From assembly GCF_009834535.1 (NCBI RefSeq), contig NC_045697.1, forward strand, positions 69,318,001 to 69,382,000: a stretch of 64,000 nt of DNA, read 5' to 3'. Position numbers and translations under genes: made by a program. The DNA comes from Camelus ferus (Eukaryota). The notes beneath the pieces are model-generated. The model did not search any database. It worked only from the letters and a program-made list of their open reading frames with translations, and was not told the origin of the DNA. Shown one piece after another: positions 12,421-25,811 of this stretch; position 1 is the first letter of the stretch, and every line of letters starts with the position of its first letter.

Positions 12421-14744
12421 CTACATCTTAGCTGCCTACCCAGGGCTGCTCAGGAAAATCATGCCCCACTGTGAAATGCACACCTTCCAGCTCCTCTGTT
12501 GTGCAGCCTTCACGGAGGTGCCCTCCTAAGCAGCAGCTCAACTGTACCTCTGCCCCTGGAATGCAGAGTGTGCCCTGGTGACCCGATGTGGGGCTTGCAG
12601 TGAAACACTGTGGGTTGTCTCTGTCGGCGGCATTTTTATGCCTATGGTACATCTCTCCCAGAGGGCAATTAAACATGTCTCTTTGTACAGCCCTCTCAGC
12701 TGCTCTGGGCAATCAGGACCATCTAAAATTATGCACATCACAAGAGCCTACATTTTACATCAGAACACCCTAAATATACTCTCCAAATCAAGTGAAAATC
12801 TACTGAACCATTTTCATGTGATGCAGCAACAGACCAAAACAAGTTTGATTTTATTTCTGCAGATTACCTGCACCCTTGAAACAGTCTTTGCTACACAAAG
12901 CAACTGGTCACGTACAATTCTAGCTTCCCCCCCAATTCTGAAAGGTTCATGCTCGGATGTGTACTTTTCAAAAGAAAATAGGACAAACACAAAACACTCA
13001 GACGACAAAACCTTCCAAAGCAATATGAGGTTCTCCCCATGAACTACTCCAGGAAGATAAGGAAATCTGTCTGCATCACACACTATTTCTGGATAAAATC
13101 CTAATGGAGACAGAATTCTTAAACGCTATCTAAGTATTTAAATATTTTCTTCTCCCTACCTCATTCTCTACCCTCTCCCCAGAGCAAACACTACTACCAA
13201 GAAAATATATTTTGAAGTATTTATGTATTTGGAAACTTTGTTTTTAATTTTCCAGAACAACATAAAAGCTATTATTAGTTATGGCTTAAGTGAGAAAGTT
13301 TATACAACTGCTGAACACATACAGAAAGAAATGAGGAATTCAATAAAAGCCGTCTCTATTCCTGAATTTTTATAACTTTTTTGAGGAGGAAAAAGAGCAG
13401 AAAACCTTGCAGTTCGGTAAAGAAATATAATTTGATTCTAAAGAGGCTTTACTGTGATTTACATTCCAAACTAAAGGGGCATTTATGCACAGTCATGAAG
13501 TGAATGTGCTCCACAAGCAGGTGAAAGAAACAGTTCTTCGTAAGGGACAAGGGCCAGACTGAGCAGTAAAGGGCCTTCCTGCAGCGCAGCTTCCTGATGT
13601 TCCAGGGTTCTCAATTCCCACAGCAGAAAATCATCACTGCTGCGGGTGGGTCCTGAGGAAAGCACACTACGGCCTTCCTCATTATCCAAGCCCCGGGCAG
13701 TCCCAGGATATAATCTTGCGTCGTTAGCTATTACAACTGCTGGCAGCTAAGACAACTAAGTTTTCAGAAAGAGGGGAGAGAAAACTCAAAGACCCACACA
13801 CACTGGGACCCCACTAGCTAGTATCCCACGCAAAGACTTCCCCTATAAAACAACTGGTGACGTAGAAGGAAAAGCATCTCCATGTGTTTGGCAGAAGCGC
13901 AGAGGATGGCCCCTACATGGAGACAAGCGATGAAATCTTAGACGTTAGCCACAGACAGTATGTCACCTACTGAAATAATTTGCTTTCTTTCATTAAGAAA
14001 GAATTCTAATACCCACTATGTTTCTGTTTTTACTTTAGTTTGCAGGAAGCTCAGATTTAAATGTAATGCTCATTTACAGTAACTTCACCAACCTATGTTA
14101 TTTGATATAATTACTTCCCCCTTCTTCTAAGTGGTTTTTATCATTTATTTGTATTTTATTAGTCCTATTGTCTATATTTACATTTTGTTATAAACTTCCT
14201 TACTTTTTGCCCATAATTAGAGTACAGTTTAAAAAAATTTTTTTGTAATGCCTGACATAAAGTTTATATACGCTGTAGCTATCAATAAAATGGCATTTTT
14301 TGAGAAATCATCAGAAAAAGTCTAACTTTGGAAACCTCATCCATTATGGAATAGCAAGCTAGATATAAGCTACCAGAGTGTGAATGAACGAAAAAACAAA
14401 CAAAAACCCCTGTTTGAATTCAAAGGATTCTCTCGTCCATTATACAGACATCCCCTTCCCCCATCACAGACAAACACACCTGTGATAGGAATCCTTTGCT
14501 TCCTTTTACAGTCAGTGGAACCCCTTTACGATTCTGATTTTTAAAAGCCACGGGACTTCTCCCCCAGAAAAACACGCACAGTCAAACAAACACGCACAAT
14601 GTTTAACACATAATTTATAAGGTGTTCACAAACCCCTTGCCCCATCTGGGTTCCTTCTTGCCAGAGGAATGGCAGGGAAGGTGGTCAGTTTCTACTTCAG
14701 GAAGCCACATGGAGTCCTTCCTGCACCCAATACGCCCAGCAATG

Positions 14745-14840
14745 CAGCTGGCCTCATAAAATGAGTTTGGAATTTGGGGGAAGAATTTAGGAAGGAATGG
14801 TGTTAATTCTTCTTTAAATGCTTGATAAAATTCAACAATT
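14745..14840 (-). mobile_element. Short old L1 ORF2 fragment
   Basis: gctggcctcataaaatgagtttggaa...ggtgttaattcttctttaaatgcttgataaaattca is a typical antisense L1 ORF2 motif. Confidence 0.6.
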
Positions 14841-15082
14841 ATTTGAATTTTTAAGGCCTTTTTCCACTAAATCCAAAACCTACTCAAAGACCAATGTTTC
14901 TTCTTTTCCACACTACTGACTTAAAATCTTTTCTGCTGCTCCCCCAGATAAAATTGCAGTTACCAATAAATGACACGAATCTCTTTTTATTGACCAAGGT
15001 ATCTCATAAATCTAGACTTACATCACTCCCTTGTGTAGGACTTAAATTTAGAGGGTTTTATATAGCATATTAAGGTAGACTA

Positions 15083-15271
15083 GGAAATCACAATGGGAGG
15101 AAGGGAGGAAAATCACCACCAACAGGAAGGGAGGAAGGGAGGGAGGGAGGAAGGAAGGGAGGAAAATCACCACCAACAGGAAGGGAGGGAGGGAGGGAGG
15201 GAGGGAGGAAGGAAGGAAAATCATCACCAACAGGAAGGAAGGGAGGGAGGGAGGAAAATCATTACCAACAG
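15083..15271. repeat. Minisatellite: 19-bp core GGAAAATCAYYACCAACAG separated by (GGGA/GGAA)n spacers
   Basis: Cores start at 15107, 15161, 15215 and 15253 (periods 54, 54, 38). Confidence 0.92.
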
Positions 15272-15284
15272 TAAATAGTCTAAG

Positions 15285-15460
15285 TAGACCGGTATTTTCA
15301 ATCCCAGTCGTAACATTAAATTCAACTGAAAAGAACTTAAAAAAGAAAAGAAATACTGTTGCCAGCCTCATTCATAACTAATTAACTCAGAATTGCTGGA
15401 GTGGGAGCTGGACACTGGATATTTTAAAGCTACCACGTTACTCCACTGTGGGGCTAGAGC
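15285..15460. mobile_element. MER5-like hAT-Charlie remnant
   Basis: ccggtattttcaatcc...aactcagaattgctggagtggg...gatattttaaagct pattern. Confidence 0.45.
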
Positions 15461-16564
15461 AGAAAAATACCCAACCCAGCCCTTTTGCTGGGGCAAGTGG
15501 CGGGCAGGAGAGAGTTAGGGCCAAAGCAGAGGTGGTGACTGGAATGTGGAAGGAAAAATTAGATGTGTCTCTGCGTGTCCCTTTTTGCTGGTCCTCTCAG
15601 TAACAATCACCAAGTAGACACAAAGTCAGGTCTTTGAAGGGAATCTGTTCTCCGAGCGATAGTAGGGACAGACAGCAACCCAGCTGGCACAGGGGACAAG
15701 AACATGTCCCCCAACCCAGGTTCCATCCCTCTCGGGGTCTGGGTGCAGATGTCCCTTTGACTCACGGGTGTGTTAAAGGACATCACTCCCAGCAGCTGTT
15801 CACCATCGCTACCATCACCTCTCAGTTCAGAGGGTTCCTAATGCCCCAAACCCCTTTCCCTGAAGGGTCAAGGCACAACTGATCCCCTACCTTAGTGAGG
15901 CAAGAGGGCCCCTGCCCGCACAAACGCAGGCCTGGGACAGAGCAGGGGAGACAGAGATGAGCCCGAGGGAAAGTGAGCGTGACAACCAGCCCCCGCTGAA
16001 GGGTTCTGAGCAGAAGGACAGCACAAGGGAAGCCAGAGGCTGGCTAACCGATGCCTGTGGCTCTGTGAGCACCCTGCCTTCGTGGAGCCAGCAGGAGGGC
16101 CCTCAGTCCACACCAGCAGGCTAAGAGACTGTGCAGCCAGTAGCCCAGCCTGCACAGCAGACGCCCTGAGCCGGCACGGCCCCCTCTTGCTCCAGCTCCA
16201 CTCAGGTACTACCAGTCACAGATACCTTTCTTGTAAAACTTGACAGGTAAGCCAACTTCCGACTTTGTCTAGGGTTCGAAATTAGCGGCAAAAGCAGGAC
16301 CTCTCTGGTGGGTCATGAGCAGGGCTGGCCCAGGCGGTCCTACAGGTACCGTCAATTCCTGGACTGCTCGGGCCAAGAGTCAGTGCTCAACACGTATTTG
16401 TTGAGTGAATGAACTGGACCCCAAGAAGCACATTAAACCCTATGTACAAAAAGGAGTCTGATCAAGCTACAGTAGAACCATCATAAAATGTTCTGTTGCC
16501 TTCATTATCTGTATCTATCAGTAACCACTCACCTAGTGTCCCTCACTCACCCTAATGCTGCATC

Positions 16565-17345
16565 AAGAAGGGGTGAAGACTTGAATAGACTTTTTTCCAA
16601 AGACAACTAACAGGCACACTAAAAGATGCTCGACATGGTTAATTATTAGAGAAATGCAAATCAAAACCACAACCAGGTATCATCTCACACCTGTCAGAAT
16701 AGCCATCATCAAAAAGTCTACAAATAGTAAATGCTGGATAGAGTGTGGAGAAAAGGGAACCTCCTATAAATTGTTGGTGGGAATGTAAATTAGTGCAGCC
16801 ACTATGGCAAACAGTATGGAGTTTCCTTAAAAAACTAAAAACATCATCTAGCAATTCTACTCCTGGGTATATATCCAGAAAAAAACAAAAACATATACAT
16901 ATATAAACACACATATACACAAAATGGAATATTACTCATTCATAAAAAAGATTGAAATGCTGCCATTTGCAGTAACATGGATGGCTCTAGAGGGTATTAT
17001 GCTAAATGAAAGAAGTCAGACAAAGACAGTACATGGTATCATTTATATTTGGAATCTAAAAAAGACAATGAATGTATATGCAAAACAGACTCACAGACAT
17101 AGAAAACAAACTTTTGGTTATCACAGGGAAGAGGAAAAAGAGGAAGGACAAATTAGGACTATGGGATTAAGAAACACAAACTACTATATATAAAATAGAT
17201 AAGCAACACAGATATACTCTATAGCACAGGGAGTTATACCCATTATCTTGTAATAACCTATAATGAATATAATCTGCAAAAATAGTGACTCACTGTGCTG
17301 TACACCTGAAACTAACACAGTATTATAAGTCAACTATACATCAAT
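16565..17345 (+). mobile_element. L1 3' fragment (ORF2 C-terminus + 3' UTR)
   Basis: agagaaatgcaaatcaaaaccaca; translates to [18 protein letters not shown] (ORF2 C-terminus); 3' UTR tatagcacaggga...tgtacacctgaaactaac. Confidence 0.92.
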
Positions 17346-17405
17346 GTGGGAGATAGTCTCCCAGCATCCTCCTCTTGCTCCTTTTAGCAATAAGTTCCCC
17401 TATTG

Positions 17406-17544
17406 TTTGTTGGGGTTGGGGGGGTAATTAGGCTTATTTATTATTATTATTATATTTATATATAACAGAGGTACTGGGGATGGAATCCATGACCTCATGC
17501 ATGCTAAGCATGCGCTCTACCACTGAGCTATATACCCTTCCCCC
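17406..17544 (-). mobile_element. Camelid tRNA-derived SINE (Vic-1-like)
   Basis: gaggtactggggatggaatcc...atgctaagcatgcgctctaccactgagctata; TSD agttcccctattg/agtctccctattg. Confidence 0.9.
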
Positions 17545-17848
17545 AGTCTCCCTATTGGTAACCAGGCATGTGGCCCTGTCTCACACAGACTACATTTCCC
17601 AGGCTTTCTTGAAGCTAGGTAAGCTCCTGTGACTCTAAGTGGTATGATATGACTTAAAGTGAGAAGTCAACTCTCGGTCACTTTCTTAAGGACAAAGCCA
17701 CTCGCACCATTGGCTGAGACACGGTGGCGCATGTAGCCACCTGGGCCAGGGGTGGAAGAAGGCAGAGCCACCCTTCCAGCCCTCCCCACTCATCTCTGGA
17801 CTAGGATCTGAGGACCACTGTACTCGAAGGGACCCTTGTCACAACAGG
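17545..17848 (+). mobile_element. Old ERVL/MaLR-type LTR remnant (interrupted by the SINE)
   Basis: agactacatttcccaggctttcttgaagctagg...tgtgact motif typical of LTR16/LTR33-class LTRs. Confidence 0.55.
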
Positions 17849-17899
17849 AGATCAATCCACACCATGAGCAATTCCACACGGAAGCAGAGAACCCACCCT

Positions 17900-18060
17900 T
17901 CAGCCCTGACTCCAACCCCTAATTTGTTTGGGGCAAAGCCACTTAATCTCCCAGCTTCTAGGATTTCCTCCTGTATAAATTGGGGATAAAAGTACCTGTT
18001 CAATGTTATTTAAGAAGATTAAGAAAAATCAAGCAAATCATTCAAGTGCATATGCTTTGG
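17900..18060 (+). mobile_element. MIR remnant
   Basis: gggcaaagccacttaatctc...tttcctcctgtataaattggggataaaagtacct...aagattaa. Confidence 0.7.
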
Positions 18061-19369
18061 AAAGTTGTGTGAGGCAGCCTCTGTGAACAAATCTGATGTA
18101 ACCACAACCAGGGCACTGCACGCTGGTGGAAAGCACTGCCCAGAAGGAAACTAAGTTTGAGTTATACCAGACTACTACTATTTTGGACAAGCTAACAGGG
18201 GAGTTTCGTGTGATGATGAAAATATTTTAAGACATACTGAATGCTTACAAATATGATTTGTAGGCAATGACTGCACAACTACGTCCATCAAAACCAGTGA
18301 CACACCAGGAGAGAAAGCAAGGCAGCCCTGTGTGGTGTAACGAGGACCAAAGGAGGTTCTAAGCACACCCCACCAGGTCTGCGCAGGGCGCTCCCGAGCA
18401 GGAGGGCAGGACCCAGAGCTCCCCTAAGGTTTCTCTCAGGCAGGGCCCCAACGGCCATTATGGCACCTCTGGGGCATTTTGGAAATAGGCTCAGTTGGCT
18501 AAGTTGCTTTCATAAGAAATAAAAAAAGGGTACCTCCTTCCTCCAGGCTGACCCACCTCCGTGGCCTTGGACGTTGAGAGTGGGCAACCTTTCAGTGCAT
18601 TTGACCCTCGCCCAGGGCCCTTTTGCTGAAAAACACTCTACAACGGTATATGGGCAGTGTCCCAAATTTAAAGTGCATATGGCATTACTATCAATAAAGT
18701 AGATCACATTTCTGGGGATCTCAGTTCCGGAGAGAACCCACTACCTGTCACTAAATCCATCAGCATTCCTTCATTGGAAACTGAGGTATATTCCATTTCA
18801 AAGAAAAGCTAAGGCAACCCTCCTTCCCATCTCCCATGTGCTGGAAAAAAGGAAGAGGGAAAAATAAAAAAGGAAAGCTGCAAGCATTACAAAAAGACAG
18901 GTTGGAGGTGAAGGCTGACAGCCCAGTATTCCAAGCAGATGACAATGAACACTGAATGAAAAGGTGAGAAGACAGTGGCCAGGCATCAAAGGATTTGCAA
19001 GAACAATGATGTGTCCTTCAATTAAGTTCTTTTGCTTAAACTAATCTTTCGGTTCTTGTAATGTTCTCAAGTGAAATCCACTTACAACTCCCAAAACAAA
19101 GCCAATGGATACCTAGAATTTTGCTTAGCGGCCCTCCACAGCAACACCGCTCTAACTGGCAAGGACCCCTCTGCCTTTAAGGGGACGTTCGGGCAAGTCA
19201 TCTTGTAACCACAAGGCCAAGGGAATGGAGAGGAGACACAGCTTGACCACTGCCTGTCTCTCCCTCCCAGTTCTCCCTCCACAAGGCCCCCCTCTCAGCT
19301 CCTCCACCTCCTGAGCCTGCTCCACCAGGCAGTGCCTCCCTCACAGGAATAATCCTCTCCGTCCCACAG

Positions 19370-19640
19370 GACAGCTGCCAGAGGGCGTCCTCAGAGAGGC
19401 CTTCCCTCCCACCTGAACTGTGTCTTTCCGTCATTCTTCCACTGCCCCCTGTGTTTTGTTTCTCTCTCCACAGCACTTACTGCAATTTATAAATTTGCTT
19501 CCTGTAGTATTTATGTCCTTACTCCCCGCTCCCTTAAAGACGTAAACACCAAGAAGTCAAGAATCATTTTGGTTTTGTTCCTGACTTTATAACCAGCTCA
19601 GTAACAGCCACCAAGCTCAGCATTCATTTACTGAAGGAAC
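19370..19640 (+). mobile_element. L2 3' remnant
   Basis: tcctcagagaggccttccct...acagcacttact...ttttgttcctg...catttactgaa. Confidence 0.55.
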
Positions 19641-20799
19641 AGAGGCTGGAAGAGACATGAGAATCAAAAGGACAATGACAGGCCAAGCACTACAGGTTTC
19701 ATTCAAACAGCTCTCTGCTGAGCCCAGGATCCAGATTTTCCTTTAAGTTCCACAGGTGATTGAGACGCACGGTGCCCTATGGAGAGGAGTACTAACCTGG
19801 CATTTTCCTGCCAAAATAATGCACTGAAATATCAAGTCGATCGCTCTATACGAAAGAAGCCTGAAGAAAATTTTACAGTAATGCAACAATTTCTGATAAG
19901 CACCATCTGTCCAGAAAGCAGCAGGCTTACAAATGCTGCCTACGCTCCACTCTCTTCTACTATTTCCAGATATGTTGACAGTCCAACAAGTGACTGTAAT
20001 AAAACCTATCCAGGATGTTACAGTTTCAACAAGCACACAGAAAAGCTATTTTGTGAAGGCACAAGAATCCACATATACTGGCTAGTTAAGCAGTTACAAC
20101 CATTTTGCCCATAAATAATTCTGTGCTCTCTAATCATCCAAATGCACCTTTGCAAAACACCAAGGTCCAAAATCCCTTCCCTCATAATGCAACAAAGTCC
20201 CAGACTGCTTTTACCTCAACGTCTGTTAACATGCCGATCCTTCCCCATAAAGCTTTCTAGTTCCTATTGTAAATAAAAAAGTTTTGGTGTAACAACAACA
20301 ACAATGGTGACTGATGCAATCCAGCCCTGACTAAGGTATTGGTGATGGTTACAGCAGAAATCATTACAGGCTGATAAAGAGAAAGGGGGAGTTGGGGTGG
20401 AGGCAGGCTTATGAATTTAAAATGCATGGTCACTATTACTACTAAATACCAGATTTTCATTTCAGAGTTCCCCCCATCGATGACTCAAGCTGCATTTTCA
20501 CACCGCTTTCTAATTTTATCCCTTCCTAAGTGCAACCAGTTATCACTTCCAGCCTTCATCTCCCCAGCTAAATGGCCCCTTGCATCTCTTTATTCTTTTC
20601 TTATTTCTCGAACTGTTTTTCTCATACAGCCATTCACTCTGAAATTTTACAGAAACAACTGCCAGCCACCAAAACAATTACTTCATTTTTAAGGAAGTAT
20701 TTTAGCAGTGGCTTGATATCTCAGAGCACAAATGAGTTTTACAGTCCTCTGTTTTCCAAAGAAATTTGGTGACATTCATCTGTAACTTCCAAGGGTAGA

Positions 20800-21120
20800 A
20801 GCAGAGGAAGGAGCTAAGCCGCCTAAAACTTTTGGAATCTCACGCTTGAAATCAGGGTTCTGCTTACTCTTCCATCGGGTAAGTCGGACTCTCAGGTTCC
20901 CCAACTTCAACTCTGTCGCGAGCCTGTCACACCCACTGCGCTTTCTGAAGGAAAAGGTCCCAGGCTGGTCCACATACCCAGGAGGCAAAGTCTTCGGTAT
21001 CACATGGTGGCCCCACCCCACTCCCAGCTGATTGGACCAGGAGTGAGCACATGACCCAGGACAGCCAATGCGAAGACGGTTCAGCACGGTTTTAGACTCA
21101 AGAGGACTGAGCCACTCTGA
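20800..21120. mobile_element. Old MaLR LTR (MLT1J/K/L-like) remnant
   Basis: gctgattggaccaggagtgagcacatgacccaggacagccaatg motif. Confidence 0.5.
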
Positions 21121-23419
21121 ACTGTTAACACTCCCCGTTAGGTTAAAAATAAAGAAATGACAAGCCCTTTTAATGCCTACATTGAATGCGTTAACGTTTC
21201 TAACACTCAAACACTTATGACTAATTATGCTCTTCATAAGACAGTTACAAGATTTATAAAACATATTAATTCACAGGGCACTACAAGCAGAATGTCTATT
21301 AATGAGAAACAAATTTAAATTTGGATGATGAATGCCATCTTCTTTCAATCCTGCCACTTTGTCTCTGTTACTGAAGGTTTAAACACATGTGGAGATAGCA
21401 CTAAAGGAATAAATGTGAGGCCCTTCATGAATGTGTGGCCTGAGCTAAATGACCTTGCAGCCAACAACCTCCACCATCCTCCCTGACCCAACACACACAC
21501 ACTGATGCCCTGCAGCAATGGAGGACAACGTATTTAAGTAAAAGTGCTACTTACACAGAGATGCTGGTAATTAGCTACACCCACAGTAAGTCATCCTAGC
21601 AGGTTTCAAGGAGGAAGTGGTAGTCAGTCACAAACTCCCACTGACAACATCCCCAGTGCTGCCCTGGGTCTAAAACAACCTGTCAACCTGGTACGCGTGA
21701 GGCCTGGGACACCGTTTGTATCCGTAAGACAGTCCTGAGGTTCTGTCTCCCTTGCCACATGTAACCTGCATGATAACCCCCATGCCTTGGGAACAGGAGA
21801 GCCTAAGGCCACAACTTTCCTGCAAATCCTTGAGAGGCTGCCCCTGTGCAAAATTTACACAAGCCGGAGAACCTCAGGGGGCCAGCAGAACACAGTGCTT
21901 TTCCACCTCACTTAACACATCATCCCCAGCTTTATGGTTTTCTTGCCCTTTCTTTCTAATCGATTTGTTCTCAATCCCTCAGCTTCAATCTCTTCACTAA
22001 GAAAGTCCAGCGTTTAATTCTTGTTATTTCCGAATTCTTAGATGCAGAAATTTCCCAACAGTGCTTTTAGGGAAAAGAAAAACACTACATTAAACATACA
22101 CATCAATTCTTAGACTCACCAGGATTTCAGACAGGTTTTTAAAAACTGTCTTAGAATGAAGAAAATAAGGTAAGTGTGTCTATTTCAATTAGGGAGAAGT
22201 GGTGGGATTAAAGCAGAAATGGCCAAAATGGGCTGGTAGCAGAGTTCTAGGAAACGTCACACAGGGCGTGTGATGGCTGCAGCCAGGTGAGTAGTAGAAC
22301 AATGAGAAGCAAAAGGAAGCAAGACACAGACACTAGAACTCACTTTAGGTGATGCACACGCAGTCTCTAGAGAATGCTTCCAATTTCCCAGAGCTGTGCA
22401 GACGAATTCCATCCAAACACCAGGCAGACTTGGAAGGCTTTTCTGGCTGTACTTTCCCCTACCCCCACTCTCACCCCCACAATGGTTCTTAGTTCCACAT
22501 TAACCCAACCCACCTAGCTCTTGCTTCTCTTGCATTCCATAGAATCTGCATCACCCCTCAGAACTGTACCTCTGCTTCCCTCTTACAAATTAAAACCCCA
22601 GAGAAAAAGGAATTGTGGGAGGAAGAGGTAAGAAGTGACCTCTCACAAAGAACACTTGCAGAGCCTGAGCCCAGCTGCAGAGAAGCAGCTCATGTTTACA
22701 CAGACCATACTGAAGAGGAAATCCAAGGCTCCTGGAATTTTCTCCATCTTGAAATTACTCTTTGGAGTATGGGTGATTTGACATTTCAGAACTGAATGGG
22801 TCAGGGGAGAATTCATGTGAAGCATCTTTACCTCAGGTCACTCCGACAAGCACCGATAAAGAAATCAGCTGGATGGGATGCCCAAGAGGCAGTGGAGATG
22901 TCAAGATGAAGAGAGTACAGTACATGTGCTCACTTCGCTCCTCATGGGGTCCAGCTGCACAGTCTCAGACAGACACGTGGTAAATCTTTCCAGGCCCCAT
23001 TCTTCTCACAACATGACAGGGTTGACCAGATGGCCACTACTGCCATTGCAACAATATGCTTCTATAATTCTACACCATGCTTTCCATACTTTACCTCCCC
23101 AATGACAGTTATGACCAGCATTGTCCCAACCACATATGGGAAGCAATTATTTCCAGGCTGCAGAAAGAGAAAATCTGGGTCCCTCTCTTTCTGTAAGATA
23201 ATGATGCAGATTCTAATTTCCAAACTCTTGAATACTAGATATGGAGAAGCACCACCTGAATCCATAAGGAAGAATTTAAGAGGAAAAGTACTTTTGTACT
23301 TTGTACAAAAGTAAATTTGTGGAGCCCTCTACTCAAAAAAGCAAATACCAAAATAAATGGATACATTGAAATGATCTAATCAGAGCTGGGCATTAAAGAT
23401 CTCATATGTATGATTTCAT

Positions 23420-23540
23420 CTAGTCTTTCATCCAGGCCTCTCCATTTTATAGATAAACAAAGTTAGGCACAAAGAGATTAAGTAATTTGCCCAAGGATAC
23501 CCAGCTAGTGAGAGGAAGGCCAAACACTAGAACCCAGCCA
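23420..23540 (-). mobile_element. MIR remnant
   Basis: ccattttatagataaacaaagttaggcacaaagagattaagtaatttgcccaagg...gctagtgag. Confidence 0.75.
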
Positions 23541-24619
23541 AGAATAATTTACTCATTCCAAAAAGGTATCAGAGGATGCTAGCAGTCTGGGATAAGCTCC
23601 TAGTCTCTACAGGCAAATGTCAAAGAGGACAGCCAAGCCCTCCCACAAAGCATTGCTTACTGTTCCACACAAGCTGGAACACGGGGCTGATCAGTGCTAA
23701 TCAGTGCATCTATCTTCGGTTCACACATTCTCATCCAAAGGTGGCGTGAGTCCCATAAGGCACAGTAGCTGACACTCTTTCTAAAACAGACCAATAGCTC
23801 AAAAGTGGTTACGACCTTCTCAGATTCCAGGCTGGGTTTCCCACCTCCTTGCTGTTACTGTACCACAATTACCTCACCAAACCTCAGGACGCCGGTGCTG
23901 CCGTGCCAGCCCACCAGCTGAGCAGCAGCAACTGGCCCAAAGACACGGCCCGCGGACCTCACTTCCTGCTCTGGCAGTCAGGACTACATCTGCGCCTGTT
24001 CAGGGTCTAGCCCATCGTTCTCCAAGCTCAGAGCTGGACAAGCCCCAGATATCCAAGAAACCATCTGTTACAAAACCCTCCCTCCTCCCACTTCACTTCG
24101 TAACACACCGCGGCATCTGCCACCATCCCTGGTTACACAAGTGGGAGTTAGCGAGAGCCTTCGGAACCAAGTCTGTGGTGCTCTCCGGGGTGACCCTGGA
24201 GAGGATGCCACCCATGAGGACCTCGTCCAGAAACACAGGAGCCAGTAGTTTGAGATCCGACATCCTGAAACAAACACCTCCATGTATTCTGTCTCAGGGC
24301 ATTAATGACAGTAGATGCTAGGATAATACATTCAATTTCCTCAACTCTTAGGATCTTGGACCATTTATCTCTTTCAATGCACATTTTACTTATTCTTTAA
24401 TAGACACTTTTTGAAGCACAAGTTGCAAGTATTAAATACAAAGTAGGAACAACCACACTAATAATATACTAATATCCCAGACCTAAAACAGCATAAAATT
24501 ACTTTTCAATTAAGAGCAAAACCAGAATGAAACTGAGCATTCTCTGAAAGCCACTCCATTATTATATTTAAATTCCAAGTAAACCCCAAGCAGCTACATT
24601 TGTATAATAATAGTCATAA

Positions 24620-24820
24620 GAACTAACACTGATTGAGCATTCACCATGTGCCAGACTGCATGAGATTCTTCAATGTATGATCTCACTGAATTCTTCTAAC
24701 AACTCTATCTCCTCGTTTTTTTAAGTGAAAGAGGCATCTGGAGGATAACTAACTTGCCTAAGGTCAACAAAAAGCAGCCAAGTCAAGGTTCAAACCTAGG
24801 TCCACATGACCCCAAAGCCG
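24620..24820 (-). mobile_element. MIR remnant
   Basis: attgagcattcaccatgtgccag...aacttgcctaaggtca...ggttcaaacctagg. Confidence 0.7.
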
Positions 24821-25644
24821 TTTTTAACATGACTTCACTCTGGCTTGGGATCTTTGGTGTAGAAGCAAACACTAAAACTGCGTTTTTCATTGAACCACAT
24901 CCCTCTGCATTTTAAGAGGTCCTGTGTAAATGACTGCCCTGAAAATTTTACAGGCAAGGGAGGGAAACTGGCACTCACCTACCGAGTCTGCAGCACAGAT
25001 GCAAGCAGCTGTGGGGGAACAAGTGAACCGTGTGCCCGGCAAAGTTGTAAGTGCATCTGTCTCAGACTTGAAATTTCTAAAAGAAATGAGAAGCCAAAGA
25101 GATGGAAGGGAGAATCTACTTCTAAATTCTGCAGAGAATGTTAAATGAACATAGTAGGCCCCGTACAGCTCTGACAGTCAGTCTGTTAGAAATGAAAAAA
25201 TAAACTGTTTCCTTCACTACATTCCCTTCTTCACCTAGCGAGCACAGAAACCCATGGACACACACACAAACCCTATTAGTATTAGCCTATTTACACCTTA
25301 AATTTTTCATTCTGTTTATTTTCTTTTGGGGGATTCACTCGGCAAACATTTGGCTTTGCTTATACTTCTGTTGTTGTTTTATTGCGGGCGTCAATATGAC
25401 TTTCTCTTGGGTAGCGGGTCTCAGACATCACATGTAATATCGAGAGGCACAAGGCAGCCACAGACTTACTGCTGAACAACTAAGATCATAAGGATGGAAC
25501 GATAAAGCTACAGGCCATTGGGCGTACTTACTGGTGATCGTGCTCGGTTCAGCGGCACGTGCTTGTGATGTTTACGACAGAGGCCAATGTCTTGCCTTGC
25601 TCTCTACCTTGTCTAATTCTTCACAGTCAACTTTCATTTCATAG

Positions 25645-25800
25645 TCTTATCAAGCACCACTTATGTGCCATCCGCTGTGCTGGATACTGGAAATATCATG
25701 GTGAGCAAAGTATACTGCCTGGTTGAAAAGGCAGAAATTAATCAAGTAAGGACACAAAGGAGTGAGTGATTTACAAAGGAGCACTGAGAAGGAACAGAGA
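25645..25800 (-). mobile_element. L2 3' remnant
   Basis: ttatcaagcaccacttatgtgcca...tgtgctggatactggaaatatcatggtgagcaa. Confidence 0.55.
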
Positions 25801-25811
25801 TTGGCAAGTAC

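Noticed and set aside
12578..13042. 154-aa plus-strand ORF
   Set aside because: Non-ATG start, no recognisable domain or exon structure; consistent with chance.
15083..15271. CRISPR-like repeat/spacer array
   Set aside because: Eukaryotic intron, spacers are low-complexity purine runs, no cas genes; it is a minisatellite. The ORFs over it are artefacts.
16924..17193. ORF MEYYSFIKK... (89 aa)
   Set aside because: Decayed L1 ORF2 end and 3' UTR, not a host gene.
20776..21264. 162-aa minus-strand ORF
   Set aside because: Overlaps an old LTR remnant; no recognisable protein.
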